The notes under the pieces are model-generated. The model saw only the letters and a program-made list of their open reading frames with translations, was not told the origin of the DNA and did not search any database. Source: Candidatus Latescibacterota bacterium (lineage in GTDB: Bacteria > Latescibacterota > UBA2968 > UBA8231). From it: a DNA stretch of 64,000 nt. Below are positions 56,046-64,000 of this stretch, in pieces. The translations under genes were made by a program, and so were the position numbers. The stretch's first letter is position 1; the number at the start of each line of letters is the position of its first letter. The stretch spans positions 1-64,000 of the forward strand of contig OZ220090.1 of the NCBI GenBank assembly GCA_964291625.2, in the 5' to 3' direction.

Positions 56046-57295
56046 TGCCGGGTCAGACACGGGGCCGCTTCGGAGCCCCCTCCGATGCGCTCAACCTGCG
56101 GCGCCTCCACCGCGAGAACCGCAGGGTCGCCTGGGTCTCCTACGCGCTGGCGGCGACGATGGCGGCCTCGGCCCTCGGCTACTTCATCGCCGTCAAACGG
56201 GAGAAGCCGGCGGCCAAGCCTCTGGCGATGGAGTTCATCATCCGCAAGCCCCTGGCCAAGAAGTCCTTCCGCATGCGCAAGGCCCAGGTGCAGAAGCGCG
56301 TCATGACGAGGCGCGTCGTCGCCTCCAAGCCGAAGCTCGCCCACACCCCGCCGAGGGAGATCCGCCGCGCCGACGCCCTCGGCAACGTGGCCGTCTTCGC
56401 CCACCAGATCGACGCCGGTGCGAGCGTCGGCACCGGCACCGTCACCCCCGAGGTCGCCTCCGTCGAGATCCGCAGCTCGAAGGATCCGGAGAAGCGCATC
56501 AGCATGCAGGAGGAGTTCCTGGACCTCAACGCCCTCGACACCGGCAAATACCGGGGCATGGTGATCCAGGATCCCACGGACCGCCGGAACATCCGCGGCT
56601 TCGTCTACCTCGCCCTGGCCTGGGGCAACGACCTGCAGCCCGACGCGCCGCGCTCGGTCTCCCGGCTCGCCGACGGCATCAACGCCTACACGGGGATCCA
56701 GGCCAAGGTGGCCGACCACATGTTCCTCGACTCGCCGGAGCTGTTCAAGACCCCCTTCGTCTACATCACCGACAAGGACGGCTTCGAGCTGACGGAGAAG
56801 GAGATCGAGAGCCTGGGGCGCTACATGCGCAGCGGCGGCTTCGTCTTCGCCGACAACGACCGGCCCGATCTCAACTTCGGGCCTGCCGAAGCGTCGCTGC
56901 GGGCCATGTTCGGCCAGGCCCTCGGGCGCGACGGCCAGCTCGAGAGGATCCCCAACAGCCATCCCATCTTCAACAGCTTCTTCGACCTCGACGGCCCGCC
57001 GGTGGGGGGCGAGTACCTGAGCGTGCGGGGCAATCCCGACATCTTCTACCTCAACTCCGCCGAGGCGACCGACGTCTACTACCAGCCGGACGAGGTGCAG
57101 TTCCTCGAGGGCGTCTTCATCGACGGACGCCTGGTGGCGGTCTACTCCGACATGGGCTACGGCAGCATCTGGCAGGACGAGTTCGAGAACGAGCCCCAAC
57201 TGAGGATGGGGGTGAACCTCGTGGTCTTCGCCCTCACCCAGGAAGGCTCCATCGCACAGCAGCAGATCGACTTCTACACGCAGCTCACCGACTAG
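56042..57295 (+). CDS. Membrane-anchored DUF4159-domain protein
   Basis: ATG 56042 overlaps the previous stop. One N-terminal TM and a basic linker. The DUF4159 motifs are nearly identical to those of 1687..2886 (EFLDLxALxTGxYRGMVIQDPTD, GPAEASLR, GSIAQQQIDFY). Confidence 0.82.
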   Translation: MMPGQTRGRFGAPSDALNLRRLHRENRRVAWVSYALAATMAASALGYFIAVKREKPAAKPLAMEFIIRKPLAKKSFRMRKAQVQKRVMTRRVVASKPKLAHTPPREIRRADALGNVAVFAHQIDAGASVGTGTVTPEVASVEIRSSKDPEKRISMQEEFLDLNALDTGKYRGMVIQDPTDRRNIRGFVYLALAWGNDLQPDAPRSVSRLADGINAYTGIQAKVADHMFLDSPELFKTPFVYITDKDGFELTEKEIESLGRYMRSGGFVFADNDRPDLNFGPAEASLRAMFGQALGRDGQLERIPNSHPIFNSFFDLDGPPVGGEYLSVRGNPDIFYLNSAEATDVYYQPDEVQFLEGVFIDGRLVAVYSDMGYGSIWQDEFENEPQLRMGVNLVVFALTQEGSIAQQQIDFYTQLTD

Positions 57296-57325
57296 GCCGG
57301 CACGGGCGGTGAAGGAGCAATCGAG

Positions 57326-58054
57326 ATGTGGGAGATCCTGAAGAGCGGCGGCCCCCTCATGGTGCCCCTCACCATCTGCGCGGTCCTGGCCGTGGCCTAC
57401 ACCATCGAGCGGCTCTGGGTCCTGGGCCACATCCCGGCTCCCGGCCGCGCCAAGGAGGAGCTGGACCGGCTCGAGGCATCCCTCCTCAACGGCGGCCGCG
57501 AGGCGGTGGTGGAGGAATGCAACGAGGGCAAGGGGGTGCTCAACTTCATCTTCTCGTCGCTGCTCAAGCGCCACGACACCCTGCTCATCGAGCAGCGGGA
57601 GTTCCAGGAGACGAACCAGGAGATCGTCCGTCTCGCCGAGTCGGCGGGGGGAGGCGAGGTGGGCCGCTTCATGGTCATGCAGAGGGAGCAGACCGACATG
57701 AAGGGCGAGTTGGTGATCGAGACGGAGGCCGCGGCCCGCACCTACCTGGCCCGGAACCTCCCCACCCTGTACACCATCGGCAACATCAGCCCCCTTTTGG
57801 GACTGCTGGGCACGATCATGGGCATGATCATCGCCTTCGAGTCGATCGCCGTGGCCGGCGCCGGGGACCCGAGGGTGGTGGCCGGGGGCATCTCCCAGGC
57901 CCTGGTGACGACCGCCTCGGGGCTGATCATCGCCATCCCGACGATCGTCGCCTACCGCTACCTGTCGCGCCGCGCCGACAAGGCCCTGGAGCAGGTCGAG
58001 GTCTACGGCCACGCCTTCGCCAACACCCTCCTCCTATCGAGGCCGCCGGCCTAG
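57326..58054 (+). CDS. exbB: MotA/TolQ/ExbB proton channel family protein
   Basis: RBS AAGGAG. Motifs GGPLMVPL, TIGNISPLLGLLGTIMGMIIAF and GISQALVTTASGLIIAIP. Confidence 0.92.
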   Translation: MWEILKSGGPLMVPLTICAVLAVAYTIERLWVLGHIPAPGRAKEELDRLEASLLNGGREAVVEECNEGKGVLNFIFSSLLKRHDTLLIEQREFQETNQEIVRLAESAGGGEVGRFMVMQREQTDMKGELVIETEAAARTYLARNLPTLYTIGNISPLLGLLGTIMGMIIAFESIAVAGAGDPRVVAGGISQALVTTASGLIIAIPTIVAYRYLSRRADKALEQVEVYGHAFANTLLLSRPPA

Positions 58055-58072
58055 GGTCTCCCGGAGCACGGC

Positions 58073-58489
58073 ATGGCCAGACACCGCGTAGAGCACATCC
58101 GCAGCGTCGCCGAGGAGGGGGAGCCCGACATGACCCCTCTCATCGACTGCGTCTTCCTGCTGCTGATCTTCTTCATGGTCACCACCGTCTTCCTGCACAC
58201 GAAGGGGCTCGACGTGGACCTGCCGGCCCCGAGCGAGGCCGAGGAGGAGCAGAAGAAGGACATCAACGTCATTCTGAGTGAGGAGGGGGCGATCGAGATC
58301 GGCGGCGAGGCGGTGGCCGCCGCCGACCTCGGCGCCCGCCTGACCACCGCCATGGAAGAGGCCAACAACGAGAACATCATCGTCCAGGCCGACGAGGAGT
58401 GCGCCCAGAAGCACGTGGTCTACGTGGTGGACACGGCCAAGGGGGTGGGAGTGAAGGGGATCGCCCTCGTGAGGGTGGAGGAGGAGTAG
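58073..58489 (+). CDS. exbD: ExbD/TolR family protein
   Basis: Motifs DMTPLIDCVFLLLIFFMVTT, VDLP and IIVQADE. Confidence 0.92.
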   Translation: MARHRVEHIRSVAEEGEPDMTPLIDCVFLLLIFFMVTTVFLHTKGLDVDLPAPSEAEEEQKKDINVILSEEGAIEIGGEAVAAADLGARLTTAMEEANNENIIVQADEECAQKHVVYVVDTAKGVGVKGIALVRVEEE

Positions 58490-58492
58490 GGC

Positions 58493-58903
58493 ATGGCCAG
58501 GCTGCGGAACACCGAGCGCGAGCCCGATTTCAACCTGACGCCGATGATCGACTGCGTCTTCCTGCTGTTGATCTTCTTCATGGTCACCACCGTCTTCAAG
58601 CAGCCCTACAGCCTGCAGCTGGAACTGCCCGAAGCGCAGCAGGCGCAGCGGGTGCAGGAGAAGAAGCTGGTGAGCTCCATCACCGCCGACGGGCGCATGG
58701 AGATCAATCGCGAGCTGGTGAGCGCCTCCGACCTGGAGCAGGTGCTGCTGCGCCACAAGCAGGGGACGCGGAGCCTGACCCTGATCGTGCGCACCGACAG
58801 GGAGACCAGGCACAGGCACCTCCTCGACCTGATCGAGGTGGCCAAGCGCCTGCGCATCGAGAAGGTGGTCCTGGCCACCGAAGACGAGAAGGTCGAGCTC
58901 TGA
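58493..58903 (+). CDS. exbD: ExbD/TolR family protein
   Basis: Motifs NLTPMIDCVFLLLIFFMVTT, LELP and LIVRTDRE. Confidence 0.92.
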   Translation: MARLRNTEREPDFNLTPMIDCVFLLLIFFMVTTVFKQPYSLQLELPEAQQAQRVQEKKLVSSITADGRMEINRELVSASDLEQVLLRHKQGTRSLTLIVRTDRETRHRHLLDLIEVAKRLRIEKVVLATEDEKVEL

Positions 58904-58907
58904 TCCC

Positions 58908-60251
58908 ATGAACCTGAAGACCGCTCTCCTCGTCAGCCTCCTCTTCGTCGGCGTCCTCGGGGCCGTGCTCTACTCCAACCGGCGTGAGGGGCAGTTGGAG
59001 GAGGCCGACGTCCTCTCCCGGGAGTTGCTGCTCTTCGACAAGAAGGAGGCCGACGAGCTCACCGTCGACGGCCCCAAGGGGCGGGTGGTCTGCCGCAAGG
59101 TGGGGGACCAGTGGAGGATCGTCGAACCGATCGACGCCGACGCCAGCCGCGGCGCCGTGGAGACGGTGCTGGTCAACCTGGAGCGGGCCCGCCTGAAGAA
59201 ATACCTGCTTCTGGAGGACTCCGGCGACCGCGACCTCCTCGAGGAGTACGGCCTCGATCCGCCCCACATGATGGTGACCCTTCGCGTCCGGGGGAGCGTC
59301 CTCGACACCGTCCTCTACGGGGACAGCCCCATGGGCGTGTACGTCTATGTCAAGAAGACCTCCGAGGACCGCGTCGGCATGGTCGAGCTCTACCGGCGAA
59401 CCGGTGTCAACCGCGGGCTGGCCCAGCTGCGGGAGAAGCGGGCCCTGAAGTTCGAGGTGGGCCATGCCAGTGAGCTGCGCATCGAGAGCCCGGGCGGCAC
59501 CATCGAGGTGGCGCGGCTGGACGACGGCTGGCGGATGCACAGCCCCATGGAGACGCGGGGCGACGAGGAGGAGATCCGGAAGGTCCTCAACAGGCTGAGC
59601 GCGCCGGTGGAGGAGTTTGTCGACGACAGTCCGGCGGGCCTCGGGGAGTACGGCCTCGACGCCCCGCGGTACCGCATCGGGGTTACGACGGCCGACGGCG
59701 AAGCCTTTGGCCTGTGGGTCGGCGGCGGGGCGGAGAACGGCTTCTACGCGAAGAACCTCTCCCAGCCCTCGGTCTTCACCGTCGACTCGGCCCTCGTGGA
59801 GCGGCTCGACGAAGCCGCCTTCGGCCTGAGGTACAAACACCTCCTCGCCTTCGAGAGAAAGGCCGTGGACCGCGTCGAGTTCGCCTACCCGGGGCGGACC
59901 GTCCTCTGCGTGCGGGAGGGCACGGCGTGGCTGGCCGTCCCCCAGCAGCGGCCCGTCAATGGCATCGAGCTCGACGCCATCCTCTACAGCATGGAGGAGC
60001 TGCGGGCGGAGGACTTCCTCGCCGGCGACGCGGGTTCCGCCGCCTACGGGCTCGAGCCGCCGCGGGCTCGGATCCGGGTGTGGGCCGCGGAGCGGCTCGT
60101 GGGCGACCTGGCCCTCGGTCAGGTGCAGGGAGACCGGGTCTACGCCAGGGGAAGCGAGATCGACCTCGCCTGCCTCGTCGACAGGGAGACGGCCGAGCTC
60201 CTGGGGGTGGACCGGATCTTCAAGGAACAGGGCTCGAGCGGTGGCGGATGA
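58908..60251 (+). CDS. DUF4340-domain protein (N-terminal membrane anchor, three internal repeats)
   Basis: N-terminal TM and three repeats each containing W...P and YGL(D/E)xP (EYGLDPP, EYGLDAP, AYGLEPP). Confidence 0.8.
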   Translation: MNLKTALLVSLLFVGVLGAVLYSNRREGQLEEADVLSRELLLFDKKEADELTVDGPKGRVVCRKVGDQWRIVEPIDADASRGAVETVLVNLERARLKKYLLLEDSGDRDLLEEYGLDPPHMMVTLRVRGSVLDTVLYGDSPMGVYVYVKKTSEDRVGMVELYRRTGVNRGLAQLREKRALKFEVGHASELRIESPGGTIEVARLDDGWRMHSPMETRGDEEEIRKVLNRLSAPVEEFVDDSPAGLGEYGLDAPRYRIGVTTADGEAFGLWVGGGAENGFYAKNLSQPSVFTVDSALVERLDEAAFGLRYKHLLAFERKAVDRVEFAYPGRTVLCVREGTAWLAVPQQRPVNGIELDAILYSMEELRAEDFLAGDAGSAAYGLEPPRARIRVWAAERLVGDLALGQVQGDRVYARGSEIDLACLVDRETAELLGVDRIFKEQGSSGGG

Positions 60252-61495
60252 AGCGCGTCCTCCGGCTCAAGTGGGGCGCCGCGGCCGTGGTGGCCGCCGG
60301 CCTCGGAGGGGCTCTGTACTACCACTTCGGCGTCGCCGAGCCCCGGCGGAGCCGCGCCGAGGCACAGGCCCTCTTCGAGGAGGGCAACGCCCGCCTGGGC
60401 GCGGGGGAGACGGCCGCCGCCATCGAGGTCTACCAGCGGGCCCTCGACCGCGACGCCGGCTTCGTGCCCGCCTACAACGGCCTGGGAATGGCCTACCGGG
60501 CCTCGGGAGAGTCCCCGCGGGCCGAGGCGCTCCTGCAACAGGCCCTGTCCATCGATTCCACCGTGGCGGAGACCTACAACAACCTGGCCATCGTCTACTC
60601 CGAGAGCGGCCGGGTGGCGGAGGCCGAGGCCGTCTACAGGAAGGCCCTCGCCATCGATCCGAACTCCGCCGTGACCTACTTCAACCTGGGCGCCTTCTAC
60701 TCCCAGGTCGGGCGCTACGCCGAGGCGGTGCAGGAGTACGGCAAGGCGTTGCAGCTGCGCCGCGGGCTCTACCAGGCCCACAACAACCTGGCCCTGGCCT
60801 GCATCGCCCTCGGCCGGTCCTCCCAGGCGGTGCGGGAGCTGAAGCGCTCGATCGAGCTGAACCCCCGCCAGGGCCGGGCCTGGTACAACCTCGGTCTGGC
60901 CCACGAGGAGGAGGGCCGCTACGAGGAGGCGGCCGACTGCTTCCGCGCGGCCCTGGAGCACGAGCCCGGGGTGGCCGCCATCCACTATCACCTCGGCGTC
61001 GTCCACGAGGGGCTGCAGCGCGAGACGGAGGCCATGGAGAAGTACCGGGAGGCGATTTCCATCAAGCCGTCCCACAGGGAGGCCCACTACCGCATGGGCC
61101 GGCTGCTGGCGGCGCAAGGCCGGTACGAGGAGGCCGAAGCCGGGTTGTCGAAGGCCATCGAGATCGATCCGGAGTACGCCGACGCGCGCTACAACCTGGG
61201 CCGTCTCTACATGAGGCAGGGCCGGACCGCCGAAGGGCGGCGGGAGATGGAGCTGTTCCGCCAGATGAGCGAGTACGACAAGGAGAGGGAGAAGGTCAGC
61301 CGCATTCTGCTGTACATGCCCGGCGACGCCAACTCCCGCTGGAAGCTGGGTCAGGTGCACGAGAAGTACGGTAAGTACGACCGGGCCATCGAGGAGTACC
61401 GGAAGGCCCTGGCCATCCGTCCCGGCTTCGAGGAAGCCCGGCAGGCCCTCGAGTCGGTGCTCGAGGCGCGTCCCCGGGAGGAGGATCGCAGATGA
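60248..61495 (+). CDS. Membrane-anchored TPR protein
   Basis: ATG 60248 overlaps the previous stop. TM WGAAAVVAAGLGGALYY, followed by about 10 canonical TPRs (AYNGLG, TYNNLA, TYFNLG, AWYNLG, ARYNLG). Confidence 0.9.
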   Translation: MKRVLRLKWGAAAVVAAGLGGALYYHFGVAEPRRSRAEAQALFEEGNARLGAGETAAAIEVYQRALDRDAGFVPAYNGLGMAYRASGESPRAEALLQQALSIDSTVAETYNNLAIVYSESGRVAEAEAVYRKALAIDPNSAVTYFNLGAFYSQVGRYAEAVQEYGKALQLRRGLYQAHNNLALACIALGRSSQAVRELKRSIELNPRQGRAWYNLGLAHEEEGRYEEAADCFRAALEHEPGVAAIHYHLGVVHEGLQRETEAMEKYREAISIKPSHREAHYRMGRLLAAQGRYEEAEAGLSKAIEIDPEYADARYNLGRLYMRQGRTAEGRREMELFRQMSEYDKEREKVSRILLYMPGDANSRWKLGQVHEKYGKYDRAIEEYRKALAIRPGFEEARQALESVLEARPREEDRR

Positions 61496-64000
61496 GCTTG
61501 ATCGGACTGTCGATCGTCGGCGTCACCCTGGGCATTTCCCTCCTCGCCCGGGACGTGCCCACCGAGGACTACATGCTCTCCACCTTCCAGGCGGGCCAGA
61601 GCTTCTACTCGGAGGGCGCCTACGACCAGGCGATCGAGAAGTACAGCGACGTGGGCGGCGTCCGCAGCCTCCTCCTCGACGACGCCGCCATCGTCGTCGT
61701 CGTGGGCGACGTGGAGACCACGGTCAAGGACGCGGCCATCTACCAGGTGGGCAACTCCTACTTCAAGATGTTCGAGGAGGAGTTCCAGGCCGCCGAGGCC
61801 ACGGCCAACGAGCGCCAGCAGGAACAGCGCCTCAAGAGGGCCAACGAGTACCTGGAGGAGGCGGTGAGCCACTTCTCCCGGGTCGAGAAGCGGTCCGGCT
61901 CCGAGGAGCTGCGAGTCCTCGCCATGAGTCGGATCATGACGAGCTGGTACACGGCCCGGCGCTACCAGGAGGTCATCCGCGTGGGCCGGGAGTTCGTCGA
62001 CAGGTATCCCGACAGCGCCTACCTCGTGGAGGCCCTCTACAACATCGGCTGGTCCTGGTACGAGCTCGGGGACCATGCCCGCAGCATCGAGGCCTTCACC
62101 GAGCTGACGGAGCGATTCGAGTCCGGCTTCCACGTGAGCCGGGCCCTGTTCCAGATCGGGGAGTGCTGGTACGACCAGGGCCGCTACGCCGAGGCGATCC
62201 CCTGGTACCAGCGGCTGGTGGACCGCGCCGACATCCTCGAGCTGACCGAGCAGGAGATCCAGCGGATGCAGTTCGAGAAGGTCGCCGGCCTCGTGGACGA
62301 GACCGAGTACGAGCTGACCGCCAAGGCCCAGATCCGCATCGGCGACAGCTACGGCCGGCTGGGGGAGTTCGAGCAGGCCGAGGAGTCGTACCGCGTGGTG
62401 ATCTCGGTCTTCGCCCGGGAGCGGCGCCTCGTGGAGCGCGCCTACCAGAGCCTGGCGGACATGCACTTCGAGAACCGCCGCCTGGAGCGCTGCGTCGCCG
62501 CCTACCGCGAGGCCATCGACAACATCCCGAACCGCATCTTCAAGGCGCGCATGCAGTTCCAACTGGCCAAGCGCTACGCCGAGGCGAGCCGGGAGTGGGG
62601 CGAGGACCTCTTCGACGACGCCGTCCGCGAGTACAACGTCTACCTGAAGGGCTACGCCGAGGTGGCGCACCAGGCCGGGTTCACCCCGGCCAACGCCTGG
62701 TTCGAGATCGGCCAGGCCCGCTACGCCGAGGCCGAGGGCCTCGCCCAGGCCGGGGAGGAGAGCCGCGAGGCCTACGGCCGGGCCCTGGAGGCGTACTCCA
62801 CCATCCTCGAGCAGTACTCAGACCCGAGCTTCCTCACCGCCGCCCGCTTCAACGCCGCCCTCTGCAAGCAGCGGATGGGCGGGGAAGCCGAGCTCGCCGA
62901 GGCGGTGGCGGCCTTCCGCGGCATCATCGACGAGGACCCCGCCGGCACCTACGCCCGCAGCTCGCGGTTCCAGCTGGCGCGCATGTACTTCGGCCGCGAG
63001 GAGTTCGACCGCTCGGCCGGCGTCTACGCCGAGATCATCGCCGAGGCCCGCGACTCCACCCACCTCGACATCGCCCGCTTCGAGCTGGGTCTCGTCCTGC
63101 AGAAGGGGGGCGACCTGGAGGGCGCCGTGGAGGAGTTCCTCGCCGTACGCCGCTCGGCGCCGCAGTTCTCCCTCTCCCGCCTGGAGGCGGGCCGCGCCTA
63201 CGTGAGCCTGGAGAGCTACGACCGCGCCCTGGAGGTGCTCTCCGCGGGCCTGGAGGCCGCCGGGGACGACGGCGAGCGCGCCCAGTATCACTACCTGACG
63301 GGCAAGGCCTGGGCCGGCCGGCAGGACTACGAGCCCGCCGTGGAGGCCTTCACGCGGACCATCGCCCTCACCGCCGACCCGGCCCTGGTGGAGATCGCCC
63401 GCTACGACCGGGGGACGGGCTACTCCCGCCTCGAGCGCTACGCCGAGGCGGAGAAGGACCTGCGGGTGCTGGTCGATTCGGGCAACGAGCGCATCCGCGG
63501 CCCGGCGCAGAAGATGCTCGGACTGGCCTACCTGCGCCTCGGCCGCCAGCAGGAGGCCCTGGCCAGCTACGGCCGGCTCGCCGAGACCTCCGCCGACGCC
63601 ACCGAACGGGCCGAGTACATGGTGCTCATGCTCGAGCTGTTCTTCGAGCTGGAGCAGTTCGACATGGCCATCGCCACGGGCCGGCAGATCCTCGACCAGG
63701 AGTTCGAGGACAGCCTCGAGCACAAGGACTACTGGATCGACGAGCTGGTGTACTACCTCATCGGCGAGAGCCAGTACCGCAGCGGCCAGGCCGACGCCGC
63801 CATGGCCACCTACGCCGAGGGCCTGCGGCGCTTCCCCGCCTCCTGGTACTCGCCCGACATGGCCTACGCCCTCGGCACCCTCTACTTCGAGGGCGACCGC
63901 CTCGACGACGCCACCCGCACCCTGGCCGACTTCGTGAAGCGCTTCCCGCGCTCCCCCAACGCCCTGTACGGCCGGTACTACCTCGGGTACGCCCACTTCA
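61492..64000 (+). CDS. Large exported TPR protein, 3'-truncated by window edge (missing from the ORF track)
   Basis: ATG 61492 overlaps the previous stop, with GAGGAGG upstream. It reads MSLIGLSIVGVTLGISLLARDVPTEDYMLSTFQAGQSFYSEGAYDQAIEKY... and the same frame ends ...SPNALYGRYYLGYAHF, similar to HGNAPYALYYRGYGHF in the TPR protein at 2..1690. Confidence 0.85.
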   Translation, partial: MSLIGLSIVGVTLGISLLARDVPTEDYMLSTFQAGQSFYSEGAYDQAIEKYSDVGGVRSLLLDDAAIVVVVGDVETTVKDAAIYQVGNSYFKMFEEEFQAAEATANERQQEQRLKRANEYLEEAVSHFSRVEKRSGSEELRVLAMSRIMTSWYTARRYQEVIRVGREFVDRYPDSAYLVEALYNIGWSWYELGDHARSIEAFTELTERFESGFHVSRALFQIGECWYDQGRYAEAIPWYQRLVDRADILELTEQEIQRMQFEKVAGLVDETEYELTAKAQIRIGDSYGRLGEFEQAEESYRVVISVFARERRLVERAYQSLADMHFENRRLERCVAAYREAIDNIPNRIFKARMQFQLAKRYAEASREWGEDLFDDAVREYNVYLKGYAEVAHQAGFTPANAWFEIGQARYAEAEGLAQAGEESREAYGRALEAYSTILEQYSDPSFLTAARFNAALCKQRMGGEAELAEAVAAFRGIIDEDPAGTYARSSRFQLARMYFGREEFDRSAGVYAEIIAEARDSTHLDIARFELGLVLQKGGDLEGAVEEFLAVRRSAPQFSLSRLEAGRAYVSLESYDRALEVLSAGLEAAGDDGERAQYHYLTGKAWAGRQDYEPAVEAFTRTIALTADPALVEIARYDRGTGYSRLERYAEAEKDLRVLVDSGNERIRGPAQKMLGLAYLRLGRQQEALASYGRLAETSADATERAEYMVLMLELFFELEQFDMAIATGRQILDQEFEDSLEHKDYWIDELVYYLIGESQYRSGQADAAMATYAEGLRRFPASWYSPDMAYALGTLYFEGDRLDDATRTLADFVKRFPRSPNALYGRYYLGYAHF

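Noticed and set aside
57326-58903. Calling this a standard Tol-Pal or TonB-ExbBD locus
   Set aside because: No tolA/tolB/pal, canonical tonB or plug-domain receptor is recognisable in the window. The exbB/exbD symbols are family-level only.
92-63996. Many long antisense or alternate-frame ORFs (e.g. 92..2011-, 4344..7085+, 18293..22213+, 22217..26413-, 32718..37127+, 36951..40229-, 48005..51580-, 51892..55332-, 62818..63996-)
   Set aside because: These are shadow ORFs expected from high GC3 and scarce stop codons. They have biased composition, no motifs, and fully overlap well-supported genes.
1-64000. CRISPR array, rRNA/tRNA, IS/transposase, prophage
   Set aside because: I saw no regularly spaced direct repeats, RNA-gene signatures or mobile-element proteins. 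The repeated DNA is limited to coding paralogs and protein repeats.

Overview
High-GC (roughly 70% by eye), gene-dense bacterial window with about 42 CDS. I recognised no rRNA, tRNA, CRISPR array, integrase or transposase. The gene content (FlgD/T9SS-like C-terminal-domain proteins, CRTAC1/ASPIC-UnbV proteins, DUF4159, DUF6785, DUF4838) suggests a diderm FCB-group lineage such as Latescibacterota or Gemmatimonadota; this is inference. Layout: (1) 1-4186 is the end of an operon (TPR protein, membrane-anchored DUF4159 protein, lipoprotein with an AgmX/PglI TonB-C-like domain). (2) 4215-16644 holds two CRTAC1-family proteins, two Gly/Asp-repeat paralogs and an exbB-exbD-exbD unit. (3) 17015-41753 is a catabolic block: GH29 fucosidase, DUF4838, two AlkP-superfamily phosphodiesterases, two M28 peptidases, an Opp-type ABC transporter with a coupled MNT-HEPN pair, and two AGE epimerases around a DUF6785 membrane protein. 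(4) 42073->64000 is a >21 kb co-directional cluster: two CTD-bearing secreted proteins, three large paralogous putative outer-membrane proteins with Asp-rich loops, DUF4159, ExbB, two ExbD, DUF4340 and TPR proteins. Region 4, with its paralogous module in region 1, is the best candidate for an undescribed proton-motive-force-driven envelope machine (secretion or gliding-like). Two apparent frameshifts occur at ~8441 and ~27012. All family names come from motif recognition by eye; no searches were run.
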